Source: Lingula anatina
Taxonomy: Eukaryota > Animalia > Brachiopoda
Assembly: GCA_051362555.1 (NCBI GenBank)
Contig: CM120648.1
Location: 12,148,587-12,212,586 of the forward strand
Length of the DNA: 64,000 nucleotides
Reading direction: 5' to 3'
Shown here: positions 22,088-35,530 of the stretch, one piece after another
Numbering within the stretch: position 1 is the stretch's first letter
How the letters are laid out: every line of letters begins with the position of its first letter
Notes under the pieces: generated by a model
The model's input: the letters and a program-made list of their open reading frames with translations, nothing else
Told to the model about the DNA's origin: nothing
The model's database searches: none
Translations under genes and position numbers: made by a program

Positions 22088-24766
22088 TAGTCCGGTGGCT
22101 TAGGGAAAAAATCGTGACACGGCGGATAAAAGCACCAAATTTTGCATGTGGGTACCTTTTGACATTCTAAATCAAATTAGAGCCGTAGCCCACGGAAAAA
22201 ATTACCGTTTGGCCAAAAAATCCAAAATGGCCGCCAATTTATTGAATTCTTTAGAAATATGTTCAAACCTATATTGATTTTTATCAAATAAATTATTTTC
22301 TCAGAGGTTTCCACACCCTTAGTACCCATTTTATTCATATATGTCAGATAGCAAACAAGTTCCCTTGGACCTTTTGAAAAAATCCAAGATGGCTGTCATT
22401 TGCCATAGAAACAGCCATAGGAATACTTGTGCACAACTATTACCAGCTAGAACGATACGTTGTCCACTATCAAATTAAGTCTGTTTCTCAGATCTTTGTT
22501 ACCCACATAATATGTTTGTGGTGAGTAACTACGAAGTGTTCTTGGGCATTTTGGAAAATCCAAGATGGCTGCATGTACCACAGGAATTCTAGTATACGGG
22601 GGATTCAACTAATGGCAACTGGAAAGATTAATTTTTCACTATCAAATTAAGCTGGTTTCTGAGTGTGTTCCACATCCTTTCTTCCCACACAATATGTTTG
22701 TGGTGAGCAACTAACAGTATTCTTGGGCATTTTGAGAAAATCCAAGATGGCCGTCATATGTAATAGGAATACTTCTAGTATTACAAAGGGTTAGAATAAT
22801 GCCAGCTAATTCACTATCAAATTCAGTTTATTTTTTTAGTGTTTTACACATTATTATTACACTGTGATACATATCTAGCAGGTAATAAATGTGCATATTT
22901 GATCATTTTGAGAAAACCCAAGATGGTCGTCACTGGCCATAGGAATACTACTGGAATTACAACTGCACACTCATAGCTTTTCATCTACTGCCAGGGTGAA
23001 TTTGTGTTTGCTTATAAAGTTTTGCCCATCCTTATTAGTCCTATGATATATATATCTGGTGGGTGAATAGTGTGCATCCTTGGATATTCTGAGAAAAAGA
23101 TACCTACAATTTAACATAGGAATACTAATGGGTGGGTTTCAATTGCTGCTAGAGGGGCATATGGTTCATTATACAATTACATTACCAAGGGTTTGTTTTA
23201 AAATAATTTATGTTTTTCATTACATTTATTATTACCCCTATGATGTATACCTGGTCTGTAGCATGTGTGTATCTTTGGGTATTCTGAAAAAATTCAAGAT
23301 GTCTGCCTTTTGTCATTAGAATATTCGAACACATAATCAAATAATGCTAGAGATACAGTAGTTACAATTTAAATGTAGTTAACTTTGGGTCGTTTTTAAA
23401 TGTTCTTCATATCCTATTTATCCTTATGAAAGACTCTGTGTGTTTTGAAAGTGTATGTATCCTTGAGTAATATTCGGAGAAAACCAAAGATAGCTGCCAG
23501 TTGTCATAGGAATATATCATTCAAATGCACATAGGTGTCAATTAATAGTACAGTTAAGACATTGATTCCAACATGAAATAAAGCCGTTTGATGTTTAAAC
23601 ATGTTGACATCCTTATTAACCTTACTCTTTATAAATTTGGTGTGTAGCAAGTGTGCATCTTGCGTATTTGAGAAAATTCAAGATTGCTGCAATTCACAAT
23701 AGGAATAGTACAGTCAACTACTACCAGAGAGACATTGGGTTCAATATAAAATGAATTTTGTGTCTCGGTATTTCCCACATTCTTTTTGGACTTTTAGATA
23801 TCTATCTGGTGGGTAACAAGTGTATACCCTTAAGTATTTTGAAAAAATATCATGATTACCCTCATTTGCCTTAGAAGTGCCTATAAAATCTAATACACCA
23901 GTTTTCCTATGGGGAAAAGAAGGCCATTTTGGATTTCCCCAAAATGTTAAAATATGGACATTAAATACCTAACAGATATGTATCATGGGATAATAATACT
24001 AAAAAAACAGAATAACCACTGAATTCAGCTTCATTTTATTTGTAAGCCTATCTCTCGCAGGTATTAACTGAACCCCACCTTCTATGGCTAATGGCAGCCA
24101 TTTTGTTTTGTTTTGTTTTCAAAAAGGATACGCATAAAATTCTTATCACATATATATTATGTGAATTAAAAAGATGTGGAAAATACTCAGAAACAAATCT
24201 TATTTATCAATTAATATTATATCTCCATGGCAGAAGAAGTCCTATGTGTATACTAATATTCCTTTGATATGGGGGCCATCTTGGATTTTTCTCGAATTGC
24301 CTGTGAATAAAAGTTAGTTACTCACCACAAATATATTATTTGTGTAATATGAAACAAAATTAATTAGATAGTGGGCAATGCATCTTCCTAGTTGGCATTA
24401 GTTAGTTGAAAACCCTTGTACATGTTCCAGTATTCCTATGCCATACGGTGGCCATCTTGGATTTTTCAATAAGTCCAAGGACACTAGTTTGTTATCTGAC
24501 ACATATGCATAATATGGGTAATAAGGATGTGGAAAACATTGAGAAAATACTTAATTTGATAAAAATCAACATAGATATGTATATATTTCTACAAAATTTC
24601 ACAAATTGGCGGCCATTTTGGATTTTTTGGCCAAACGGTGAATTTTTTCCGTGGGCTACGGCTCTAATTTGATTAAGTATGTCAAAAGGTACCCACACGC
24701 AAAATTTGGTGCTTTTATCCGCTGTGTCACGATTTGGCCATTTTTTTGCCCTAAGCAACCGGACTA
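22088..24766. mobile_element. Academ-like non-autonomous foldback DNA transposon (2.68 kb)
   Basis: Termini TAGTCCGGT.GCTTAGGG / CCCTAAGCAACCGGACTA, 3-bp TSD ATC on both sides (22085-22087, 24767-24769), several hundred bp of inverted arm homology, and ~180-bp internal units with CAAGATGGC motifs that switch orientation near 23900. Confidence 0.8.
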
Positions 24767-26734
24767 ATCAGGGTTTACGGCAAAAAAAAAAAAAAAAAAC
24801 AGAAGGAAAAATACTATTGTACATTATCGATAGTGATATTACCTGTGAGTTCAGATTTAACGGGCACCCTGTAGTTTTCACCAAATAAACGAGCACTTGA
24901 TTCATATAAAGATAGATCCCTCCCATAACTTTACTGGGAGCATCATTCATGTCTATACTATTTAAGAAGACGTCAGACGCGATGACATCTCCTTGCAGCG
25001 CCACCTATGGGATTCAGCGTATTCCTCCCTGCCGGACCCTGGTCAAGATTTCCTGGAGGACATTGCCCTTGCTTGACCATGATATCGACAATGTCTATAG
25101 CACGACACGCGTGACGCTGACCATGCAGAGGACGCAGCGGACACTGCTGTCCTTGGTGACATTAATAGACAAATGGAAGTAACGTGTTAATGTGTCTATA
25201 AGGTCACGGATTACTGAAGTGCCTGAAATAATTGTCGGCCATGAATAACCTCAGTTTGACGGTACATCGTGCCGACCTCTCTCTCCCCCCCCCCCCCCCC
25301 CAAACACCACCACCACCACCACCACCACCACTGCGCTGCCAGGTCCCACACCTGCCAAAAGCGGTGGTTTATGGTACAGGTTGCATTTTAACTGCCGCTG
25401 AGCGGCGAAGTGACTTCCAGCTAGTGCTAAAGCTGCATTTGTAGAATAAACGCCATGCTTGTAGAATAAATGTCATACCTGTACTGTAGTTTACAATAAA
25501 CCTCCCCATGATGCATCTTAATATGAGGCTAAGTGACCTTCCATACATATCTACACTCCATGTTATTTGTATGTTTTTAGTTTTAACCCTTGGTGTCGGT
25601 ATTTCCCCTACGACGTAAAATAAACATGGCGCCCGCCTACCTCTTTATAAACTCTACAGTTTACTTGAGGTCAATGTTTACACGCGTCAGTGCACTTGTA
25701 TCCACGATTTGCATAGCTCCCTTTAACATATAAATAGTTCTTTGTGGTCAATCAAAAACACGTTTAATTAATGCATCTTTTTATTCATATATGTGGATGT
25801 TCAATAGGCATACAAACAATATGTTCTTGAAGAACCAGCATTTGCAGCTTAATTGGTGGTTTTTGCCAGAGTCCATACCTCAGCGAAAGTAAAAAAAGAG
25901 CGGAATAGCAATTTATGTTATAAATGAAAGTACTTCTACTCAGATGGGACCAGGGGTAGACACCCTAGCAATCATCAAAGCTCTCCAGTTGTTGCATAGT
26001 AGAGAACTCCATTTTAAAACTGTTAAAGATAAACACTCAGTTTATACATTATACCGTACTGCTCCAAAAGCCTTAGCGAAAAGTTGAAATATTAGAATAG
26101 AAATTGCTCCAATCTAAACTGCTATATAGACAAAACTATAACTATAACTTTAAGAAGCTGTTTATTCTAGCAAGCCGGAGCTGTGATACCAGTAGAATAA
26201 TAATAATTAAGCCTAGCCTGTAACGTAAACAACAGCGAAAAATTCCATTTTGGTCCTTAGAAAATTAAACATCCGTCCAATCATATAAAATGAACGAAAA
26301 ATAGCTGATAATTAAAACGACAGAACGACGAATAAATACAAGTAACTGCACGTCGTTTACTACTGTAAATAATAATTTAATTGCACTTTATGTTCATTCT
26401 CCAACGTTGCTTAAAAGAAAAAATTTCGGCATCACATAAAAAATATCGGTATATTGGAAGTGTAATTTGAACCGTGCCATTCACAATTGCAACTGATTAA
26501 CTTATAACTTATGATATACTCTGCTTTGCATTCATAATAAATACGTTATATCTAACTAAAATATAAAATTTACTATCGGCTTTGAGCTTAAGTTTAAAAA
26601 TGGACCATTTAAAACAACAGCGAATGAATTACATGGTCACGGGTGAATATCAATATTAGGTGTCAGAGAGTATTTCATTTTTCTAAACACCAATTTGACC
26701 ATGTCATGCAACTGTTTTTTTTTTGGGGGGGGGC

Positions 26735-28674
26735 TCACAACGTTTTTTTACGGGAAAGAGATCGTTGCAAATGTTCGTAACCTGTGACACTTTTTTCGTC
26801 GTTGCTGTCATCATTTTCGCCATTTTGCTTTCGTCTCCTCTCCAGCATGACAAGTAAACGTCGTCTTGCTGCTCTGGTCAGACCACGCCTCTTTCCCTGT
26901 CCTCTATAGGACGTCACGTTAGTGCTACCTAGCAACGCATCTAAGCCACGCCCCCGAATACGCCCTCTGATTGATGTCACGTTGGCTCTGAAATCGGGTG
27001 TAAAATCAACGTGATCGTCTGCTTCGGTGAGGTTCTCTTGCCGCTTTATCTGTCGCAATTCCACCATTCGTTCCTGCGCCTGCCGAATCAGGAAATTATC
27101 CAACGAATAATCCGTTCTTTCGGGTGGAAAATCCCGCTGCAGTTGATCCAGTGTCTTTGCGTCGGGGGCACCTTCTGAGTCCTCTGCCACACCTAACACA
27201 ATGTCGCTATCACAGCTATCGCAATCCCTTCCTTCATCCTCAGGAGAGTATTGCTTGGTTTCAGAATCGTCTTGCGTCCCTAAACCTGTCTGGCGTGAAG
27301 ATGTGCCGCAACTTGCGCATGCGCACTCCTCTATTATTTGGACAAACTTTGGCAGCATGTGTCCATTTGCACACTGAAGCGTCACCTGGAGGATGGAGAA
27401 TGATGTGTCGTCACTGGACAGTCTGTGACGTCAAAAATATGAGACGTTTTATAAAACGTCATCAAAGTAATCACGGGACTATGATATTTGATTGTGGCCA
27501 TTAGGACATCAAATCAAAAACAAATTGAACGTTGAAAATGAATTAAGAGAATTATTTATCTTTTTTGTTACACTGCCATCTGTGGAGTTTATGGTGGTTA
27601 GCACATGTAAATCACAAAACCTACATGAGATTCATTTCTCACCTTTTCCCATCGTGCTCGTGCTGGCTTACACACGTCATGCCTCTGCAGTAGTCCTGCG
27701 TTCTGACTGGGCAAGGTGTTGGGCACGGAGTAGGAGTAGCATTGGCCAACGCAGACTTTATTTTCGACACTCTGTAACGATAGAAAAATGTAGTCAGTCT
27801 AAGCACATGTGTTCTTCACTCCAAAGCTATTTTGGTAAAATATTGCGCAATAATGAATACGTAGGACGGATAACTCTCCTGTCTCTTGGCTTGGCATGGA
27901 GAGAATAAAGTATAGCGGGTAAAGAACTGATGATGGAAGTGCTGGCACGCCATACATATGGCTCTACCCAGGTCAGGAAGCTCAGATGGCTTCATTAATA
28001 GCAGGTATAAATTGTATAGCCGAATGTTTGCCGAATGACGCACTTTAAAACAAAACCTTAAGATCTACCTTAATGTTACATAGAACGTCTGACCAAATTT
28101 TGATCACCAACAGTGGTTAAATTCGTTAAACTTGTTTAGAAAAAGTGATTAGAGACGCAACCTACCATATTACCATAAATATATTCCTATTGCCCCCCTC
28201 CCCCATTTTACCCCATACCGTATACGCCTCTAAAGTTTTTTCCTCAATCTATACCTGACTTTCACATCCTGGCTGTGTCAGGATCTGTTGTATGTGTCTG
28301 GATCCCCGCCCCCATCCCCCCTAGCCTATACCTGCGTATAAAGTTTTTCCCCTCAGTCAATACCTGACTTTCAAATCCCGGCTGTGTCAGGATCTGCTGT
28401 ATGAGTCTGGATCCCCACCCCCATTACCCCTAGCCTATACCTGCGTATAAAGTTTTTCCCCTCAGTCAATACCTGACTTTCACATCCCGGCTGTGTCAAA
28501 ATCTGCTGTATTGGTCTGGACTCACACCACGTGTGGCTCTCTGAGTGGAACACGATACTTTGGAGCTAGCAATAATAATAATAAGTCATACTAACTTTGA
28601 ACAGCTCACATATTGCGAAAAGTGCTGTATGCAGCTCACACAGAAAAAAAGACCATCAACTATCATATGTCAGC

Positions 28675-28723
<49 letters not shown>

Positions 28724-28845
28724 CCTTACTGGGTATTCCACTATCTATTATGAGATTCATGTAAAATTATTGACCACGTATATGTCGATAGAGGCATGGT
28801 GAGTAACTGTTTCCCATATACAACGGGGCTGGATGGGAAATCTAT

Positions 28846-28884
<39 letters not shown>

Positions 28885-28991
28885 TTGATCGTGAGTTCTT
28901 TGAACAGTTGTCTTACCGGCGGATGGGCGTCCTGTCCTGCTACAAAGACGCTAGATGTGGTCACCATCACCAACAAGAACACTGCGGCCAT
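26735..28991 (-). CDS. NBL1: NBL1/DAN-family cystine-knot BMP antagonist with long C-terminal extension, ~315 aa. Exons 28991-28917, 28565-28473, 27771-27643, 27385-26735
   Basis: Four phase-0 exons give the signal peptide MAAVFLLVMVTTSSVFVAG, then WCESRPIQQILTQPGCESQ|SVENKVCVGQCYSYSVPNTLP...HDVCKPARARWEK|VTLQCANG...VQIIEECACASC. This is colinear with NBL1 ([40 protein letters not shown]...CMPAQSMWEIVTLEC...ILHCSCQAC). An acceptor 7 nt before the ATG implies an upstream non-coding exon. Confidence 0.9.
28231..28520 (-). repeat. 109-bp tandem repeat (~2.7 copies) that includes the 3' end and donor site of NBL1 coding exon 2
   Basis: ACCTGACTTT(T)CA at 28253, 28362 and 28471 (period 109). Confidence 0.85.
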
Positions 28992-31900
28992 CTTGGTTCT
29001 GTAAAAGAACATCACAACTGAGTGAAAATGTAAAGAGATTTAACTGTTTTTGCTTTTTTATCTATAAGGGTATATAAGTTATGGCGTTTCAACCATTCGC
29101 CAAAAGGCCTCATCGGTGTGTCTCCGGAAGTTAGGATGAAGAAGCGTCGAGATGCCATGCGTCATAGATAAAATACGCTCAGACACATTATAAGAAACAC
29201 CTTAGGCCTACTTTTCTACAAATTTTGCACAAGAGATAACAAAAATCTTATTTCACAGAGCATCAAAACTGACAGATTTGAACAAACAGTACACTGAGTG
29301 GTGTAAGCCAATTTGCAATGATTATTTATGAAAAAAGGCCAAGAAAAAGGGAAGGGCTGACTTGTCTAGAATATTTTAAAGGCTTTTCAGCAGTCGGCTG
29401 AGGTACTAACGGTACATCATTCTCCAGATTGAAGTACAGTTGATTTAATCATAACTCATTTAAAAAAACCGTTCCACCAAAATGTCAATGAACTCAAGAT
29501 TTCACGGGTGGCAATCTTCCAACAGAACCGGAAGTTCCCTCGCTCCTTTTACATGACACATCCCAGTAGCACTTCTTCAATTATAACATCGCAATCTCGA
29601 AATTATGATTCATTGATGGCATTCGATAAATCTTGTTGTATTATTTTTTCTTGGTGTAATGTAATCTTAATATAAGCAAAAGCTGTATGATCCCTGAGTA
29701 TATTTTAAGAGCCATACTTTTAGTACTTCCATTTTGTCATACTAGGACTATTTTTAGCTGCGCACAGAGTGAGATAAGTGATGCGACTGCGTTTTAAGAT
29801 TTCTTAGAACTCTTTAAGAAAAAGGGTTTTTTCTTCCTTTTTGATCTTATTTGGCAAACTAAAGGGCCTCCAACCGATTTTATAACTGCTACATATCTAC
29901 AAGGAACTGTGGCAGAAACTAGTATTTAATTGTGCCATTCGTCAATGAATGCAAACACTTCAAATCTCAAAGAAAACATTTCTATCCAAACTGCTACATG
30001 TATGGCCGGTCCGCCTGTTCACTTCAACGGAAGGCGTGCATAATGTTTGTTTTTTTTTTAATTTGGTGTACATTATGGGAAAAATGGATATTAAAACTAA
30101 CGGCATTTTATAATTTGTATTTTTTTTTCAAAAAATTTTGAAAGGCAGTCAAAGAGGTGTGTTGCAGTAGGATGCATACAACATTCCGTTGTGGACTCCT
30201 ATATTTTACCCTCTATATCACCGATTTGATAAATTGAAGTGTTCTGAAAAAAAGCTCATGCACATTACTTCACGTAATTTTACAAGTTATATTTTCTATT
30301 TCTTTGAGCTGCTTGCAAAAACGTATTTGTTAAAAACAAAACAAAGAGACATTAACCTACACCAGTGTTTTAACTCTTTTCAAGCTAATATATTGAAAAA
30401 AGACAGGCCTTTTTCATTTAAAATCTTCGATAGGTACTATAATAAAAGCAAAATCCATGTCCTTTCGCGAACTTCGGCATGCGTAAATCGAGGTTCATTC
30501 AACCTCACGTGACCAAGCGGCCACCCTAAGGTTTCCCAATCCATGTGCTACGTTTCTGTGACTTCAAAAATCACGGGACACAAAGAGTTAATGAAGGAAA
30601 GTGGATTCTTGCTCAGTAAGCCCGAACACACGCCTGTGAGTTAGTGAGAGATCTGGAGAGCTAAAGCACTATTTCAGTGGTGCTAGAGGTATTCACATAA
30701 GTTGATTTATGAAACACAATCTTTTGCAGTAAGCGCTTTCATGCAATTTCCACATAATTCATTGTTCTGTGAACAGTAAACTTCCGCAAAAGTATTGCTG
30801 TTACTCTGGTATTTCACTCTTGTAGCTTTTTAACGTTTAATTGCTTCACAAATTCGCCGACAGGGGAAAATCAGTTGGCCGTATGCGTTGTATAAGCAGG
30901 GAAGTGAATTTCCGCCCTTTTCTTCGCTTCAAATTATATTTTGGACACAGACTGATATGCTGCAAAAGTTGATAAGAAGAGGAAGAAGAAGAAGAAGAAG
31001 AAAAAAAAAAATATATATATATATATATGGCATTCATAAAAATATTATTATTGAATATAACCTTGGAAAAACGCCTATTATTCATATTTACATGTACTGC
31101 GTCGTTGTTGCTATCAATTACCCATTTTACGATGAAAACACGTTCCTGTACAAACCCATTGAAATTGTCATGCAAGCAATGAAATTGAATCTTCCAGACC
31201 CTCTACCACCAACAGTCTCCTTACAGGGTGACTTCTTCTTTATATACTGTACATATATCTCAAAATACTTGAATTTATTGCAATAACAGGAGCTGTTTTT
31301 TTTTCTTTCTTTCTTTTTTTTTCTTTTTATTGCTAATCGTTAATTTTATTTATTAAGTGGCTATATTGCTGCGTTATGTATCAGAGACGGGAATGTGGTA
31401 CAAAATGTCTGCTTATATTTTAGTTTTACTTTAAAATGGAATACATTGTCAGTTTAAAAGAATTATCGATATCGCAGGGGTCTAATATTTAAATTAATCA
31501 ATAACTTAATTTTAGCGTCAGAATTCTTCGAATGGCCCCTTGACTCCAATTGTTTTAGACAAACTACCCATATCTGTATCTGCATTCCTCTTGCAGATGA
31601 AGTCCCCCGAAAATATCATAAAAATTGTTTATTATCCCTTAAACGTCTGTCTAGCCGATTCCGTTACTTCTGTTAAGGCAATTAGCGGTAAAACAGAGCA
31701 TAGTGAAATTTTTAACCAGATGTACACTACATTTAGTTATATGCTAATTATATCTGAATATCTTTGAGAAGAAGATCAATTGCTTCTCCACATTTTGCCA
31801 AACTACAAAACGGGGGAAAGTACAAGGGATCAAACTTGATTTAAAAAATCACGTCTTTCATAGACACATATTAAAAGAAACATTCGAAATACGTGCTTTG

Positions 31901-32273
31901 AGTCATCTATTGATTAATCTGTTTTCAAGTTGTTCGCATTCTTGGTTATAAACAAAACAACCGTGCTGCTACAAGTAATGTTACTGTAGCAAAATTAATA
32001 AAAAGAGGGGAAAATGACATTTATAGCTCCTGTGTGTGTTTTTGTGATCTTCATAGCTGAATATGGCGATAGGAATGGTTTTAATTTACCCACGTCGTCA
32101 CAATCACTGGATCGCCCTACTGCGTCTGGAACAAGCGGGATGTTACCACACAGATTTCCACATATTATTTCAAGAGGTTTTATCAAAACAGAAACATTTA
32201 AACAATACCACATCTTATATTAAGAAACAAAAACCCGCCCAGGGAATCTTATTTTCCCAAACGCATCACTTAC

Positions 32274-32900
32274 CTTTCAAATAACTGATTTCTCCCCTTA
32301 GCAACGCTATCAGCTAATAATGACTTCTTATCTTGTCTACTTCTTTTGGTATCTGCCAATTATTAATCCATCGTCTTGCGTCTTAAATAATGCTTTCATG
32401 GATTCATTTCCTTGAAAATATACCGCCCCGGTTCCTGTGGTCTCTTTAATTCAATATTATTTCTAATATAACATAAACTTGTCTATGGCTAGCGCTTCCG
32501 TTAGCTTTCCACTTGTGGCCCCGTCCTCATTGTTTAGAAGAAAACAGTTGTCTGTAGCGTGGGGTTACTTCACGTCTTGTGCATTTTTCACGGCGATTCC
32601 AGACCGCAGACATTTCAAAAACGATTTTAACAGGTGTCTGTAACATTACAGCGCTGTGTAGACGGCGTTATAAATCACGGCAAGCTGACGCGTTGCCAGC
32701 CTTTTATGCCCGAGATCGCGACATTATCCGCGAGATTTCGACAGTGCGAACGAGATGTTGCCAATAATTGGCAGCGCTCGGTGTGCGGGTTACACGGCGG
32801 TGAAGGCGTGTCGGGGCACCAAACTGTTTTAAGGGAAGAAGCGGGTTATTTTATTGCCGAATCACGGTTCATTGAATGTTACGTCATTTGTTTTTCCTCT
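32274..32900 (-). promoter_or_regulatory. Candidate non-coding first exon / CpG-rich promoter region of the NBL1-like gene
   Basis: Strong minus-strand donor AAG|GTAAGT at 32274/32273, with a locally CpG-rich stretch at about 32560-32880. The upper boundary is approximate. Confidence 0.35.
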
Positions 32901-35483
32901 CCTTGGCATAATTGCACACTGTGCGATCAAAAGGCAGGCCTATGGTACATGATACTTTTTCTCAGTGTTTTTTAAGACGCACGTAAGACTGACATTGACT
33001 GGTCTGGAAAAATGACATTTTAAAGATTTGCCAAGTTGGCAGGATTGTTTATTTCCAGTCAAAGAATTTTGTTTTGTTTTTCTTGCTGCTAAAATTTCAA
33101 CCTAAAACAAACACATATTAAAAGTCAAATACATTAAAGTGTTGAAAAATTGGCAACATTCTGGTATTCAGTAGAGGAACTTTGTCTTGTTTCTTGTATA
33201 GTTGCACTGAAATTATGACTAAAAACAAAAGCACATCGAAATCAGACGCAGAAATGCGTTGAGATCGAACAATTTCCCCAGTCCTGTCGTGTCTATATCA
33301 ATAAGTTTTATCTAAAAGTATTGCCAAACTTTCCTCCCAATACAGCTCACATAATTTGATTGACTTAAATTATGTACGTTCCTTTTCGTTCACGCTTTAA
33401 TTCCTGTGGCAATATGCAGATGCGATGTTGGGGTGCGGGAGATTTGAGCCCCACCCCGTCCCTTTTAAGAGATATTGACTCGGCTGGTGAATAAAACTAT
33501 GGAACGAATCCAAACCCGATTGCGTAGTTTTTTATCAAAATTCTAAGCTAATTCTCACCCTCACCTTTCTAAAGCAGCTGTTTCTCTAATGAGACCGATC
33601 ACGAACATAGTTAAAACTTCATTATTGTTTTATTGGTGATATTCTTTATCATTTTTCACCAATTGAGGTACTAATATAAACAGAACATTAAAAACTCTAC
33701 TTTTAATTGGAATGAGCGTTTTAAATGCGAAGAAGGGGAGTACGCAACATGGTGACTAATTGCTTATTTATATAAGATCGTTTCTTTTCACATAAATAGT
33801 ACACTACCCAAAACCGTTGGAATAATTGTAATTGTATAAACTCTTATTCGTGCTCATTTTTCTATTACTAATGCAATTCAACAGTCTTTGTTTCCCCTCC
33901 AAGAGTGGCTTAAAAACTAAATATGTACAATGTAGACTTTGTTTGGGGGGTCTTGGGTATAAGCGGTTTTGGATATGGTATACCGTGGTCATTTATGGGA
34001 AAGAGTTTAAAGCGCTAGGAAAATAGAATTCTTGCTATATTTAGGTCTACAACACTTATGTTGTGCATTCAATCTAAAATGCACAGTATGCCACTTATGG
34101 ATCTATTCCTAAGTTGCCAACAAAAGAGAATATGACAAAAGAACTTAACATAGATTTATCACGTTAATTGCGAATTCACAGACATCCCATTCATGCCGTG
34201 CATGATTTATAAAACGGCGAGAAGAAACAGAAAATGTTCAGTTCAATCAAGTGTTTTTGTTTCAGTCTCTAATAGAATTCTACAGAAACACAAATTACTG
34301 AGTAACAAATAAGCCTTAAATTTTACATATTCCATGAGAATCATAGGCATTCCCTCAAAGAAAGTAAATATATAAAGCAAACATAAATATAAGTTAATAT
34401 CCAAATAAAGAAACAGGTTTCTTTTATTTAAATCAATCATTTTATCGTCTTATGAAAACGCATTTTAACACAAGACTAGATGTTATTAAGTTTAAGTTAA
34501 ATGTATTTTATAACAGGATATTTATCAACTAGAGAAAGGTAATACAGATACCCGACGAGCTTTTAAACTGAAAACTTTTTTGGATGCTGCAGCTGCTCTG
34601 TGCACTTTTCTTGGTGCATTTTACTCTTGTTTTTGTACCTGTCCAGAAATGTTCGGTCTTAATTTCCTCGTCCACTGAAAAATATAAAGTGAATATCCCA
34701 ATTAAATTCACCAAACTGATAAACAAATAAATGGAAATACAGAAAGTCCGCCCTCCATTTAGCTATAATGATTAGGGTTTAAACCTAGGCCTGGGGCGAG
34801 GCTTACCAGTACAAATGAATGGGAAGCAGACTCTCTATCATTGGGGACTCTCCGTCACGTTACACCGGCAGACGATATTTTCTATACATAGGTGTAGGGG
34901 CTGGGGAAGACATTAGGAGGCTCTTCCCCCAATACCCCACCCTCCTCCACCCCTTTTTATTTTCTTTTTTTTTTTTTTTCAGCAACGTCGGTCTTAACCG
35001 TCGGCAGGAGGGGACCAAAAGGCAACTGGCCACTTCTCTGAGTATAGACAGACACTGGGCCCAGCCAACCGATGTCCAACTGCAAATAATTAAATTTTCC
35101 GTATTCCCCTCTCTGACTCTGCTTACTCGTGTATTTTACTTATTCTATCTTTTTAGGTATTTATTTGTTTGTTTGTTTTCTTATTCAAGGGTTGCCCCCA
35201 CCGCCTATCCGAATAAAGAATCCATAGAATGCGCGTTTGACCGGTTAATAGCCAAATAATATCAATTACAACGATAATAAGCATAGCCTCTTTCCCTAAG
35301 TTTACAATTTATCACAAATGAAAACCCCTATTTATGGAAAATTCTTGTGTGAAACGGTTGTGACTCAAAAGCTAGAAAACTTAGAACTCAAAAACAGGTT
35401 TTTTTACAGTCTTAATGACAGTTTAGGTGTCTTGGCTATGCTAATCCTTGGCGATTGAGTGTTAGGTGTTGAATTTTCTAAGT

Positions 35484-35530
<47 letters not shown>

